From Desulfarculaceae bacterium (lineage in GTDB: Bacteria; Desulfobacterota; Desulfarculia; Desulfarculales; Desulfarculaceae), in NCBI GenBank assembly GCA_021737645.1, contig JAIPDO010000011.1, forward strand, positions 18,985 to 82,984: a stretch of 64,000 bases of DNA. Direction: 5' to 3'. This document shows positions 1 through 8,216 of this stretch, piece by piece. Position numbers and translations under genes: made by a program. The notes under the pieces were generated by a model. The model worked only from the letters and a program-made list of their open reading frames with translations. It was not told where the DNA came from and made no database searches. Numbering within the stretch: position 1 is the first letter of the stretch; each line of letters begins with the position of its first letter.

Positions 1-108
1 GTTGGCCGGCCAGCGGCCGCTGTTCAGGCGGTCCTGCAAAAAATCAATGAGCGGCTCCAGGCTGAGCACGCACTCAAAGGCGAACCGGCCAGAGTCGTGG
101 GGCAACAT
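1..108 (-). CDS. hypothetical protein, N-terminal fragment (gene continues past the left edge of the window)
   Basis: ATG at 108 on the minus strand, with GGAGG (123..119) about 10 nt upstream. The frame stays open to position 1 (MLPHDSGRFAFECVLSLEPLIDFLQDRLNSGRWPAN...). It is absent from the ORF track because no stop is visible. No motif recognised. Confidence 0.3.
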   Translation of the reverse strand, partial: MLPHDSGRFAFECVLSLEPLIDFLQDRLNSGRWPAN

Positions 109-128
109 GGCCCAAAAACCTCCAGGCT

Positions 129-1406
129 CTAGGGTTTGAAATAGCCCCTGGGCACCACCGCGATTCCCCTGGGGGTCAGGGTGAAACGCTCGGCGTCTTC
201 CTTGGGGTTTTGTCCTATCTCGGTGCCTTCGGGCAGGTGGTTGTTCTTGTCGATGATGGCCTTCTTGACCTTGCAGTGCCGCCCGATGGTTACGTTGTCC
301 AAAACGACGCTTTCGTCCACCTGGCTCCAGGACTGGACCACCACGTTGGGGCTGAGCACCGAGTTGCGCACCACCGAGCCGCTTATGATGCACCCCTGGC
401 CCACCAGGGAGTCAAGGGCCTTGCCCACCCGGCCACTGCCCCCATGCTCGGCTGCGAAGACGAACTTGGCAGGGGGGAGCTGGTGGCGGAAGGTGCGCAA
501 AGGCCACTGGCGGCCGTAGAGGTTGAAGTAGGGGTCCACGCCGCACAGGTCCATGTTGGCGTTCCAGTAGGCGTCCAGGCTTCCCACGTCGCGCCAGTAG
601 CCGCTGTCCCCGGCGCACTCCTGGAACTCCAGGGTGCGGCGGCCGTCCTGGTCGGTGAGCCATACATAGTCGCGGATGCGGTTGCTGGCCTTGTAAGGGT
701 AGGCCGTCACCTTGTAACGCCCCAGCAGGGAGGGGATGATGTCGTGACCGAAGTCCTTGCCCTCCATCTCCTGAAGCACCTCCAGCAGGGCTCGGCGGCT
801 GAACAGGTAGATGCCCATGGAAACCAGGGCGTGGCTTTCGTCGCCGGGGATGCAAACCGGGTCATCCGGCTTTTCGTGGAAGCCCTGTATGGCGTAGTCG
901 CCGTCCACTTCCACCACCCCGTACTCACAGGCGGTCTCCCGGTCCACCTCGATCACCGCGATGGAAACATCGGCCCCGTTGGCTTCGTGGGCGGCGCGAA
1001 ACTGGGAGTAGTCCATCTTGTAGACGTGGTCGCCCGAAAGGATCAGCACGTGGCCCAGGCTGTGGTCGCGTTCCAGCAAATAGGCGTTTTGGCGCACGCT
1101 GTCGGCGGTGCCTTCATACCAGCGTTCGCCGGTGCGCATCTGGGGGCTGACGATGCGCAGGTAATGGCCCAGGTCGAAGGAAAAGATGTTCCAGCCCGCC
1201 TCCAGGTGGTCCACCAGGGACTGGCTCTTGTATTGGGGCAGCACCATGATTTTGTAGATGCCGCTGTTTATGACGTTGCTCAGGGTGATGTCGATCAGGC
1301 GATAGGCCCCGCCAAAGGGCACCGCGGGTTTGGAGCGGTCCCGGGTGAGGGGAGACAAGCGCTCTCCCTTGCCGCCCGCCATGATGATGGCCAGGGTGTC
1401 TTTCAT
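129..1406 (-). CDS. glgC: glucose-1-phosphate adenylyltransferase (ADP-glucose pyrophosphorylase)
   Basis: 425-aa ORF. The N-terminus IIMAGGKGERLSPLTRDRSKPAVPFGG is the sugar-nucleotidyltransferase/GlgC signature. Length and the C-terminal beta-helix-like region fit GlgC. Confidence 0.9.
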   Translation of the reverse strand: MKDTLAIIMAGGKGERLSPLTRDRSKPAVPFGGAYRLIDITLSNVINSGIYKIMVLPQYKSQSLVDHLEAGWNIFSFDLGHYLRIVSPQMRTGERWYEGTADSVRQNAYLLERDHSLGHVLILSGDHVYKMDYSQFRAAHEANGADVSIAVIEVDRETACEYGVVEVDGDYAIQGFHEKPDDPVCIPGDESHALVSMGIYLFSRRALLEVLQEMEGKDFGHDIIPSLLGRYKVTAYPYKASNRIRDYVWLTDQDGRRTLEFQECAGDSGYWRDVGSLDAYWNANMDLCGVDPYFNLYGRQWPLRTFRHQLPPAKFVFAAEHGGSGRVGKALDSLVGQGCIISGSVVRNSVLSPNVVVQSWSQVDESVVLDNVTIGRHCKVKKAIIDKNNHLPEGTEIGQNPKEDAERFTLTPRGIAVVPRGYFKP

Positions 1407-1409
1407 GGC

Positions 1410-2567
1410 TCAGTTCTCCTGGTGGGGATTGGCCGGTCCGGTTTCAGGCTCGGTCGGCGGGGCAGCGCAATCCTTAGGCTCGATTTCGTTGGGCACGAAG
1501 TGCAGGCGGTAGACCTCCAGCAGAGAGAGCATCAAGGCCAGTACCATGGGCCCCAGCACCAGCCCCACCACGCCGAAAAGCAATAATCCGCCCAGCACCG
1601 CGAAGAAGATCATCAGTGGATGCAGATGGGTGACGTTGCCCAAAAGCTTGGGCCTTATCAGGTTGTCGCAGACCAGGGCCGAGACCAGGCACCAGACCAT
1701 GACCCCCACCCCGGCTTCGGTCATCCCGCTGAGCAACAAGAAAATTCCCCCGGGCAACCAAACCACCGCCGTGCCGAAGATGGGAACCACCGAGGCGAAT
1801 ACCATCACCGTGCCCCAGAAGGGGCTGTTTGGCACCCCGAAGATCCAGAAGCCGATGCCGCCCAAAATACCCTGGAGCAAAGACAGAACCACCGTGCCGG
1901 TGAGGGTGGCCCGCATGGTGCCCAGCACCTCTTCCTTGATCTGGTTGTTCAGGCTGCCGGGCATGGGGCTAAGCGACAAGATTCGGTCCGCCGCGCTGCG
2001 CCCGTCTATGAACAGATAAAAGGCCACGATCAGCATGAGGAAGAAATCGATTACCAGGTTGGTGATGCCTCTGAGCAAGCCGGCCAGATTGGAGTAGAGC
2101 AGGTTGCTAATACGGCGCACCAACTCGCCCACCTGGGTGAAAACGTCGGTCTTGCTGATACCCAGGGCCTCGTTGAGTTTGTCGAAAAATGGGTTGAGCA
2201 GGTCCAGGCCGTGTTTGAGAGAGTCGTGAAAGCCGCCGCCCTGGACCATTTTGCTGACCGTGTTGTACAAATCAAGGGCTTGGTCGGTAATGATGCCCAC
2301 CATGAAATACAAAGGAAGCACAATTATCAGGCAAAACAGAAGCACGGTGATGGCCGCGGCCAGATACTGGCGCTTGGCGCCCACCACCCACAGCACCCCC
2401 TGGTGCAAAGGCCAACCCACCACCACCAGCACCACGGCCAAGAAAATGGGCATCAAGAATGGCTGGATGAGCAGATAGGCCAGGTAGAGCATCAACAGGG
2501 TGCTGATGCCGAAAAACCACCGGCTGATGGCGGTGGAGAAAAACTTTTTTTCAGGGTTGGGGCTCAT
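1410..2567 (-). CDS. AI-2E family transporter (PerM/UPF0118-like permease)
   Basis: Polytopic membrane protein with many hydrophobic spans (e.g. LLMLYLAYLLIQPFLMPIFLAVVLVVV). Start placed at ATG 2567 (MSPNPEKKFF...) because the longer ORF would run over the upstream gene stop at 2569. Confidence 0.7.
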   Translation of the reverse strand: MSPNPEKKFFSTAISRWFFGISTLLMLYLAYLLIQPFLMPIFLAVVLVVVGWPLHQGVLWVVGAKRQYLAAAITVLLFCLIIVLPLYFMVGIITDQALDLYNTVSKMVQGGGFHDSLKHGLDLLNPFFDKLNEALGISKTDVFTQVGELVRRISNLLYSNLAGLLRGITNLVIDFFLMLIVAFYLFIDGRSAADRILSLSPMPGSLNNQIKEEVLGTMRATLTGTVVLSLLQGILGGIGFWIFGVPNSPFWGTVMVFASVVPIFGTAVVWLPGGIFLLLSGMTEAGVGVMVWCLVSALVCDNLIRPKLLGNVTHLHPLMIFFAVLGGLLLFGVVGLVLGPMVLALMLSLLEVYRLHFVPNEIEPKDCAAPPTEPETGPANPHQEN

Positions 2568-2568
2568 A

Positions 2569-3393
2569 TCAGAGGCCTTTGCGCCATGCGCTGGGGAGCA
2601 GGCGGGCATGCCCCGTGGAGTCCAGTTTGCGCCGGGATTTGGCCACGCCCTTGGGGCTCACCTCGGCCAGGGCCACACCGGGCCCATCTCCGCACTGAGC
2701 CAGCACCTCGCCCCAGGGGCCCACGATCATGGCTTGGCCCCAGGACCGCCGCCGTCCGCCGTGCTCGCCCACCTGGGCCGCCGCCAAAACGTAACAGGCA
2801 TTTTCCAGGGCCCTGGCCCGCACCAGGAGTTCCCAGTGGTCCTTGCCCGTGGCATGGGTGAAAGCGGCGGGCGCGGCCAGAACTTCAGCCCCCTTTAGGC
2901 GCAGGCGGCGGTAAAGCTCTGGAAAGCGCAAGTCGTAGCAGATGCTTAGGCCCAGCGTACCCACGGGGAGTTCCACCGTGACCAAGCGGCGCCCCGGTTT
3001 TACGTAGCGCGACTCGTTCCAGGTGGTTTGGCCGGGGATGGCCAGGTCGAACATGTGGACCTTGTCGTAGTGAGCCACCAGCACGCCCTGAGGGTTCAGG
3101 ACCGGGCAGGTGTTGTAACTGCGCGTGGGATCGTCGCTTTTGCGCGAAAAGGACCCGCCGATGATCCAGAGGCCCAGCTTTTTGGCCTGGTTGGCCAAAA
3201 AGGCCACCGTGGGGCCGCGCAGGGGCTCGGCCGCCTGGGGCATCTTTTCCATGGCCGCCAAAAAAGAAAAATGCTCCGGTAAAACCGCGAGCTTGGCCCC
3301 TTGGGCCTTGGCCTGGGCCAAAAGCCCGGACGCCTGCTCCAGGTTGTCCCGGCGTTGCTCGGTGCTGTTGGTTTGAATCACCGCTACTCGCAT
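2569..3393 (-). CDS. carbon-nitrogen hydrolase (nitrilase superfamily) protein
   Basis: MRVAVIQTNS... start. Catalytic-triad contexts are LAVLPEHF (Glu) and LSICYDLRFPE (Cys). Start moved to ATG 3393 inside the 307-aa track ORF. Confidence 0.8.
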   Translation of the reverse strand: MRVAVIQTNSTEQRRDNLEQASGLLAQAKAQGAKLAVLPEHFSFLAAMEKMPQAAEPLRGPTVAFLANQAKKLGLWIIGGSFSRKSDDPTRSYNTCPVLNPQGVLVAHYDKVHMFDLAIPGQTTWNESRYVKPGRRLVTVELPVGTLGLSICYDLRFPELYRRLRLKGAEVLAAPAAFTHATGKDHWELLVRARALENACYVLAAAQVGEHGGRRRSWGQAMIVGPWGEVLAQCGDGPGVALAEVSPKGVAKSRRKLDSTGHARLLPSAWRKGL

Positions 3394-3456
3394 GGGGTCA
3401 TTATAGGGCCCCCCATGGCGCGGGGCCAAGCCAAAAGAGCCCAACTTACCGGTTAG

Positions 3457-3485
3457 TTGCCGGGAAAGTGACGTTGTGCTAGCAT
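3457..3485 (+). promoter_or_regulatory. candidate sigma70-type promoter for the 3543 gene
   Basis: TTGCCG (3457-3462), 17-nt spacer, TAGCAT (3480-3485), about 55 nt upstream of the ATG. Pattern match only. Confidence 0.3.
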
Positions 3486-3542
3486 GGCGCAAGTAATAAG
3501 GCGGCGCGGCTGGGGGCCGCGTCTGCCAGGGAAAGGCGGGCC

Positions 3543-4379
3543 ATGCTCACCCCGGTGGATCTGGACGAACTGCTCACTCAGGCTAGGCGCAATGAAGAAA
3601 TTCAGAGCCGCCTGGACCATGTGGAGGAGTTTTTGCTGAGTTCGCGTGAGCCCGGCGAACTGCTGGCGCAACTGCCGTCCACGGTGGCGGGCAGCTATCG
3701 CCTGGAAGCGGTCAGCGTGGCGCTGTTGGCCGACAATCGCCGCCTGGACGTGGTGTTCGGCAGCAAAGGGCAGGGGCCGCAGGGCTGTTTTCGGCGGCGG
3801 CGCAAGGAAATGCGCCTGATCCTGGGTGATTTGGAGCAGCCCTTTCTGGAGGACAAGCCCACCCGGGAGTTGATCGAATTTTTCTTCCCCCAGGGACCCA
3901 AGATCGCCTCGTTGGCCGTGCTGCCCCTGTGGGTAAGTGGAGAGATGCTTGGCAGCCTCAACCTGGGGGCCATGTCCAGCCGCCGCTATCAAAAGGGACT
4001 GGACACCCACTTTCTGGAGCGCCTGGGTCGCAAGACCGCCTTTGGCCTAAACGTGGCCCTGTTGCAGGAGCAGGCCCGGCGCTTGGAGCAGCGCCAGGCA
4101 GTGTTGGAAATGGCCGGGGCCGCCTGCCACGAACTGGGCCAGCCCCTGGCCACCCTGGAGCTGGGCCTGGAAAAGCTGCGGCGCACCTTGGGCGAGGATG
4201 AGCCCTTGCAAAAGGATATAGGGGTGTTGATGGCCCAGGTGGAGCGCCTGGGGGCCATGATCCAGCAAATTAGTCAGGTGAATGATTACGTTACTCGGCC
4301 CTATGCCCAGGGCCTGCGCATAGTCGATTTAAATGCGGCCAGCGGTGAAACCAAGCAAGACGCTGGCGGAAGGGGTTGA
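3543..4379 (+). CDS. GAF/DUF484-like domain protein with a C-terminal HisKA (DHp) phosphoacceptor domain and no ATPase domain
   Basis: 278 aa. The GAF-like core reads ASLAVLPLWVSGEMLGSLNLGAMSSRRY. The H-box AGAACHELGQPLATLELGLEKL is typical of histidine-kinase dimerisation domains. The ORF ends about 75 aa after the His, without N/G1/G2 boxes. Confidence 0.6.
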   Translation: MLTPVDLDELLTQARRNEEIQSRLDHVEEFLLSSREPGELLAQLPSTVAGSYRLEAVSVALLADNRRLDVVFGSKGQGPQGCFRRRRKEMRLILGDLEQPFLEDKPTRELIEFFFPQGPKIASLAVLPLWVSGEMLGSLNLGAMSSRRYQKGLDTHFLERLGRKTAFGLNVALLQEQARRLEQRQAVLEMAGAACHELGQPLATLELGLEKLRRTLGEDEPLQKDIGVLMAQVERLGAMIQQISQVNDYVTRPYAQGLRIVDLNAASGETKQDAGGRG

Positions 4380-4382
4380 AAA

Positions 4383-4805
4383 ATGAGTGAGGAAGGCTGC
4401 ATCTTCTGCGACATAGTGGCCGGCAAAGTCCCCTGCTACAAAGTTTATGAGGACGAGCGGACCTTGGCCTTCATGGACGTCAACCCCGTCACCCCAGGGC
4501 ACGTGCTGGTAGTACCCAAGAACCATGTGGAGAATCTCCTGGACATGGTGCCCGGCGACCTGGCCGCGGTGCACCAGACCACTCAAAAGATGGCCGGGGC
4601 CATCATGAAGGGCCTGAACCCTGGGGGCATCGCTATCTTGCAGCTAAACGGCAAGGGGGCCAACCAGGTGGTCATGCACTATCACGTGCACCTGATTCCC
4701 CGCAACCGTCCCAAGGACAAGCTCAAAATATTGGAATGGGAAGCCAAAAAGGGCAACGTCAGGAGCATCAAGTCCAAGATGGAGAAGATCATCGGGGGGA
4801 TGTAG
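4383..4805 (+). CDS. HIT (histidine triad) family nucleotide hydrolase/transferase
   Basis: 140 aa. N-terminal CIFCDIVAGK and the histidine triad HYHVHLIP. It starts 3 nt after the upstream stop. Confidence 0.9.
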   Translation: MSEEGCIFCDIVAGKVPCYKVYEDERTLAFMDVNPVTPGHVLVVPKNHVENLLDMVPGDLAAVHQTTQKMAGAIMKGLNPGGIAILQLNGKGANQVVMHYHVHLIPRNRPKDKLKILEWEAKKGNVRSIKSKMEKIIGGM

Positions 4806-4881
4806 CTGACTGTTCCGCCGTCTTGCCGATAGATTAAAAAAAATTAGACGGAGTGGTTGCTCCCATGGCATGTGAATTCCA

Positions 4882-7008
4882 TTGAGCCTGGCGGCCTGGA
4901 TCGGCCTTGGGGCGGCCGGCGGCGTGCTCACCGGGATATTGGCCGGGGACGTCTGCAAGGCGTTGCAGCCCATTGGCAGCGCCTACGTCATGCTCTTGGA
5001 GTCGGTGGTCTATCCCTACCTGATCTCCTCTCTGCTGCACGGCCTGGGGCGCCTGAGCCCCAAGGTGGCGCTGAAGCTGCTCAAAAAAAGCTGGCCTTTT
5101 TATCTGGCCGCCTGGGGAGGCACCCTGGGCATTATCTACCTTTTGAGCCTGGCCTTTCCATCCTCGCCGCCGCCCATAATCGTGGACGCCGCGGACACTG
5201 CCCGCACCGGCCCGGACTTCTTACAGCTAATCCTTCCCGGCAACATCTTCCGCGACCTGGCCAACAACTACGTCCCTGCCGTGGTGCTGCTGTCGGCCCT
5301 GTTCGGGGTGGCCATCCAGGGAATAGAGAGCAAGGACCGGGTCCTGGACATACTGGTGCTGATCCGCACCGCTTGCGTGAAAATCTGGCGCTGGGTGGTG
5401 TTATTGGCCCCGGTGGCGGTATTTGCCATGTTCGCCTCGACCGTGGGCACCCTGCGGGTGGCCGAGGCTGGTGGCCTGGTGGTGTACCTGAGCCTTTTCC
5501 TGATCGTCTGCGGCATCCTGGCCATGGTGGTGGTTCCGGTGGTCATCTCCTCGCTGGTCCCGGTGCGTTACCGCGAGGTGATTTACGATCTGCGCAACGG
5601 CTTGACCCTGGCCCTGGTCACCACCCTGTCGGTGGTGGCCCTGCCTTACATTCAGCAGGCCATCGAAAAACTGGCCAAATCCACCGGCCTGGATGATGAG
5701 CACAAGAGCGAGATAATCGAGACATCCCTGGCGGTCAACTACCCCCTGGGCCAGCTGGGCAATTTCTTCGTATATTTTTTCATTCTTTTCGTGGCCTTTT
5801 ACACCCGCACCTCCTTGAGCACCGGCGAATTGGCGGCCCTGCCTTTCATGACCCTGTTTTCCTGCTTCGGTTCGCCCACCTCCACGGTAAACGCGGTGGA
5901 TTTCCTGGGGGCCTGGTTAAAGCTTCCCGGGCACCCAACGGCTCTCTATGTAGAAACCATGATGATCACCCGTTACGGGCAGGTGGCCCTGTCGGTTATG
6001 GGCTTCGCCTTTCTCACCTATTTGATGACTTTCAATTACTACGGCAGGATCAAGATTCGCCTGGGCAGGCTGCTGGCCTGCGTAGGCTTGCTGGTTGCCT
6101 GCACCGCGGGGTTGGCCTGGGGCGGCCATGTCCTGCTCTCCGACGTGCTAAAGACTCCCCAAAAAACCTACCTGGGCTTCACCATGCCTGAAGATCTCAC
6201 CAAGGGGGTCAAGGCCAAGATTTACGACAGCCGGGAAGCGTATTTGCGTGACAACCCCGACGCCGGGCTAAAACCCGGGGAGACGGTGCTGGGGCGCATT
6301 CAAAGGACTCAAACCCTGCGGGTGGGTTACGGCCGGGAAATAGTGCCCTTTACCTACCGCAACGAACAAGGCGATTTGGTGGGCTACGACGTGGCCTGCG
6401 CCTACGATTTGGCCAGATCCCTTAACGTGAAGTTGGTCTTCGTGCCGGTGGTGTACGACAAGGTGGAACAGGACGTTAAGCGGGGCATCATGGACGTTTG
6501 GGCCGGCGGCGTATACGTGGTGGAGTCACGCATGCTCTGGGGGACTTTCTCCCAGTCCTATTACCACAGCCCCATGGCCCTCATCGTGCCCTCGGACAGG
6601 GTCGCTGAGTTCATGGATATGGATGAAATCCTGTGCCGGGCCAACCTGTCGATAGCGGTTTTTGAAAATCCGGTCATGCGCGGCCTGGCCAAGAGGCTTT
6701 TCCCCCAGGCCAAGCAACTGGTGGTTCCAGACTATGGCCAACTTACCGCCAGCAAGGGATGGGACGTCGCCCTTTGGACCTTGGAGCAGGCCGGGGTATG
6801 GGCCTCGGGGCATCCCGGCTACACCGCGGTGCGGCCCAAGCACATGGGGGCGGTAATGATCTTCGCCTATTTGATGCACAAGAACTCCGACCGCATGCGC
6901 CAGCTTGTGGACCATTGGCTGGATATGCGCCAGGCGGACGGTTTCTTGGCCAAGCAGCGGGCCTATTGGATCGAGGGCGCCGTGGCCGGCGGGGTGCGGG
7001 ACCGCTGA
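4882..7008 (+). CDS. sodium:dicarboxylate symporter-family (SDF/DAACS-like) membrane protein fused to a C-terminal family-3 solute-binding domain
   Basis: 708 aa, TTG start. The N-terminal ~390 aa are polytopic and SDF-like (MSLAAWIGLGAAGGVLTGILAG...). An extra hydrophobic helix lies at about 6070-6140. The C-terminal part reads LRVGYGREIVPFTYRNEQGDLVGYDVACAYDLARSLNVKLVFVPV...FSQSYYHSPMALIVP, which is SBP_bac_3-like. Confidence 0.65.
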   Translation: MSLAAWIGLGAAGGVLTGILAGDVCKALQPIGSAYVMLLESVVYPYLISSLLHGLGRLSPKVALKLLKKSWPFYLAAWGGTLGIIYLLSLAFPSSPPPIIVDAADTARTGPDFLQLILPGNIFRDLANNYVPAVVLLSALFGVAIQGIESKDRVLDILVLIRTACVKIWRWVVLLAPVAVFAMFASTVGTLRVAEAGGLVVYLSLFLIVCGILAMVVVPVVISSLVPVRYREVIYDLRNGLTLALVTTLSVVALPYIQQAIEKLAKSTGLDDEHKSEIIETSLAVNYPLGQLGNFFVYFFILFVAFYTRTSLSTGELAALPFMTLFSCFGSPTSTVNAVDFLGAWLKLPGHPTALYVETMMITRYGQVALSVMGFAFLTYLMTFNYYGRIKIRLGRLLACVGLLVACTAGLAWGGHVLLSDVLKTPQKTYLGFTMPEDLTKGVKAKIYDSREAYLRDNPDAGLKPGETVLGRIQRTQTLRVGYGREIVPFTYRNEQGDLVGYDVACAYDLARSLNVKLVFVPVVYDKVEQDVKRGIMDVWAGGVYVVESRMLWGTFSQSYYHSPMALIVPSDRVAEFMDMDEILCRANLSIAVFENPVMRGLAKRLFPQAKQLVVPDYGQLTASKGWDVALWTLEQAGVWASGHPGYTAVRPKHMGAVMIFAYLMHKNSDRMRQLVDHWLDMRQADGFLAKQRAYWIEGAVAGGVRDR

Positions 7009-7037
7009 GGGTGCGTGTCGTATCTGTTTGAGCCTGA

Positions 7038-7070
7038 AAAGGGCAGGGGCCTTGCGGCCACCTGCCCTTT
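7038..7070. terminator. bidirectional intrinsic terminator between convergent genes
   Basis: AAAGGGCAGG (7038-7047) pairs perfectly with CCTGCCCTTT (7061-7070). The inner GGCC-TTGC-GGCC extends the stem. T-rich flanks are present on both strands. Confidence 0.5.
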
Positions 7071-7091
7071 GGCTTTAGTGTCTTGACGCGC

Positions 7092-7874
7092 CTACTCGCC
7101 TTGTTTAAGCCTCTCGCCCACCTCGACGGCGGCCTTTTCGCCGCTTAGGAGCATGCCCCCAAACACCGGGCCCATGCGGTAGGAGCCGAACACCGCGTTG
7201 GCGCACATGCCCGCGGTGTACACGCCCGGGAAGGCCTCCTTGGTGTTGTCCAGGGTGTGGTTCTCGGCCTGCTCGGCCCACAGGGAGCGCTCGCCCATGA
7301 CCTGGCCGCTGGTGGTGTTGAGCCTTGCGTCCACCTTGCGGGCGATGACGCGCAGCACCTCGGCGGCGTGGCCGGTGGCGTCGATGACCCACTTGGCCTT
7401 GATGGTCAGCGGGTCCACGTGCAGCCCGCCCATCTCCACCGCGCTCCAGTTGAGCACCAGACCGGTGACCCGGTTGTGGCGGATCATCACGTCTTCCATG
7501 CTCACCAGGTTGAAAATGGTCAGCCCGGCCTTGGTGGCCACCGAGCAAAGAGTGCTGGCGCACAGCACGCTGTCGGCGGTGTAGTATCCGGGCTCGAACT
7601 CGCGGCAGGGCACGTCGAACTCGTCCAGGATGCGCTTGGCCTGCTGTTGCACCACGATTTCGTTGAACATCATGCCGCCGCCCCACATGCCCCCGCCTAT
7701 GGAGAGCTTGCGTTCGAACATGGCCACCTTGTGCCCCGCATCGGCCAATTTCTTGCCGGCCACCAACCCGGCCGGGCCGCCGCCCACGATGGCCACGTCG
7801 ATCTCCAGATGGTCTTCGAGCTTTTCCATGTAGCGGCGGATGATGGCTCTGGTGATGGTTACCTCTTCTAACAC
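7092..7874 (-). CDS. thi4: Thi4-family thiazole synthase (ADP-thiazole synthase, probably sulfide-dependent type)
   Basis: 260 aa, GTG start with AAGGA upstream. Dinucleotide-binding motif [12 protein letters not shown]. Thi4-like ...[12 protein letters not shown]...[11 protein letters not shown]. Preceded by a TPP riboswitch. Confidence 0.85.
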   Translation of the reverse strand: MLEEVTITRAIIRRYMEKLEDHLEIDVAIVGGGPAGLVAGKKLADAGHKVAMFERKLSIGGGMWGGGMMFNEIVVQQQAKRILDEFDVPCREFEPGYYTADSVLCASTLCSVATKAGLTIFNLVSMEDVMIRHNRVTGLVLNWSAVEMGGLHVDPLTIKAKWVIDATGHAAEVLRVIARKVDARLNTTSGQVMGERSLWAEQAENHTLDNTKEAFPGVYTAGMCANAVFGSYRMGPVFGGMLLSGEKAAVEVGERLKQGE

Positions 7875-7902
7875 GGATCACGTCCTTTCCGCCGGCTCCG
7901 CC

Positions 7903-7940
7903 AAAAAGCGGAGGGCCGGCTTCCGTAAGGAAACCGGCCC
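7903..7940 (-). terminator. terminator-type expression platform of the TPP riboswitch
   Basis: On the minus strand, GGGCCGGUUUCC-UUAC-GGAAGCCGGCCC forms a 12-bp stem with one G-U, followed by UCCGCUUUUU. It lies between the aptamer and the thi4 RBS. Confidence 0.5.
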
Positions 7941-7954
7941 AATACAATACTGTG

Positions 7955-8050
7955 GCGCGGCGTGCTTCCCTACGCTGGCATTACCCAACAGGTTCAAGGG
8001 GTCTACGCCGCCCACCGGCGTACTCTCAGCCCAAAGGGGCTCCCCCAGCA
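7955..8050 (-). promoter_or_regulatory. TPP (THI-box) riboswitch aptamer
   Basis: The minus strand reads CUGGGGGAGCCCCUUUGGGCUGAGAGUACGCCGGUGGGCGGCGUAGACCCUUGAACCUGUUGGGUAAUGCCAGCGUAGGGAAG. The conserved CUGAGA and ACCUG..GG.UAAUGCCAGCGUAGGGAA cores are present. It lies directly upstream of a thiamine gene. Confidence 0.85.
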
Positions 8051-8136
8051 ACTCGCTATGGCCCGCGTCTTGGCGGGCGTGTATATGAACTACCCCCAGG
8101 TGGGTGCGGCTGTCAAATGTAAAACACCCAGCCATG

Positions 8137-8165
8137 TTGAGTGGACTCGTGTGCGATGATATTAT
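8137..8165 (+). promoter_or_regulatory. candidate sigma70-type promoter for the aminotransferase gene
   Basis: TTGAGT (8137-8142), 17-nt spacer, TATTAT (8160-8165), about 50 nt upstream of ATG 8217. Confidence 0.4.
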
Positions 8166-8216
8166 TTAGGTTGAGTTTGTCCTAAAACTTTTAACCGATT
8201 GGGAGACGAGCCAGCC

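Noticed and set aside
210-1586. 458-aa plus-strand ORF antisense to glgC.
   Set aside because: It lies fully inside and opposite a confidently identified gene. The translation is Ala/Gly/Val/His-rich low complexity with no motifs. This is a typical shadow ORF of high-GC DNA.
7105-7947. 280-aa alternative-frame minus-strand ORF overlapping thi4.
   Set aside because: It is an Arg/Gly/Pro-rich frame-shifted reading of the same DNA. The Thi4 frame has the FAD/NAD motif and riboswitch context.
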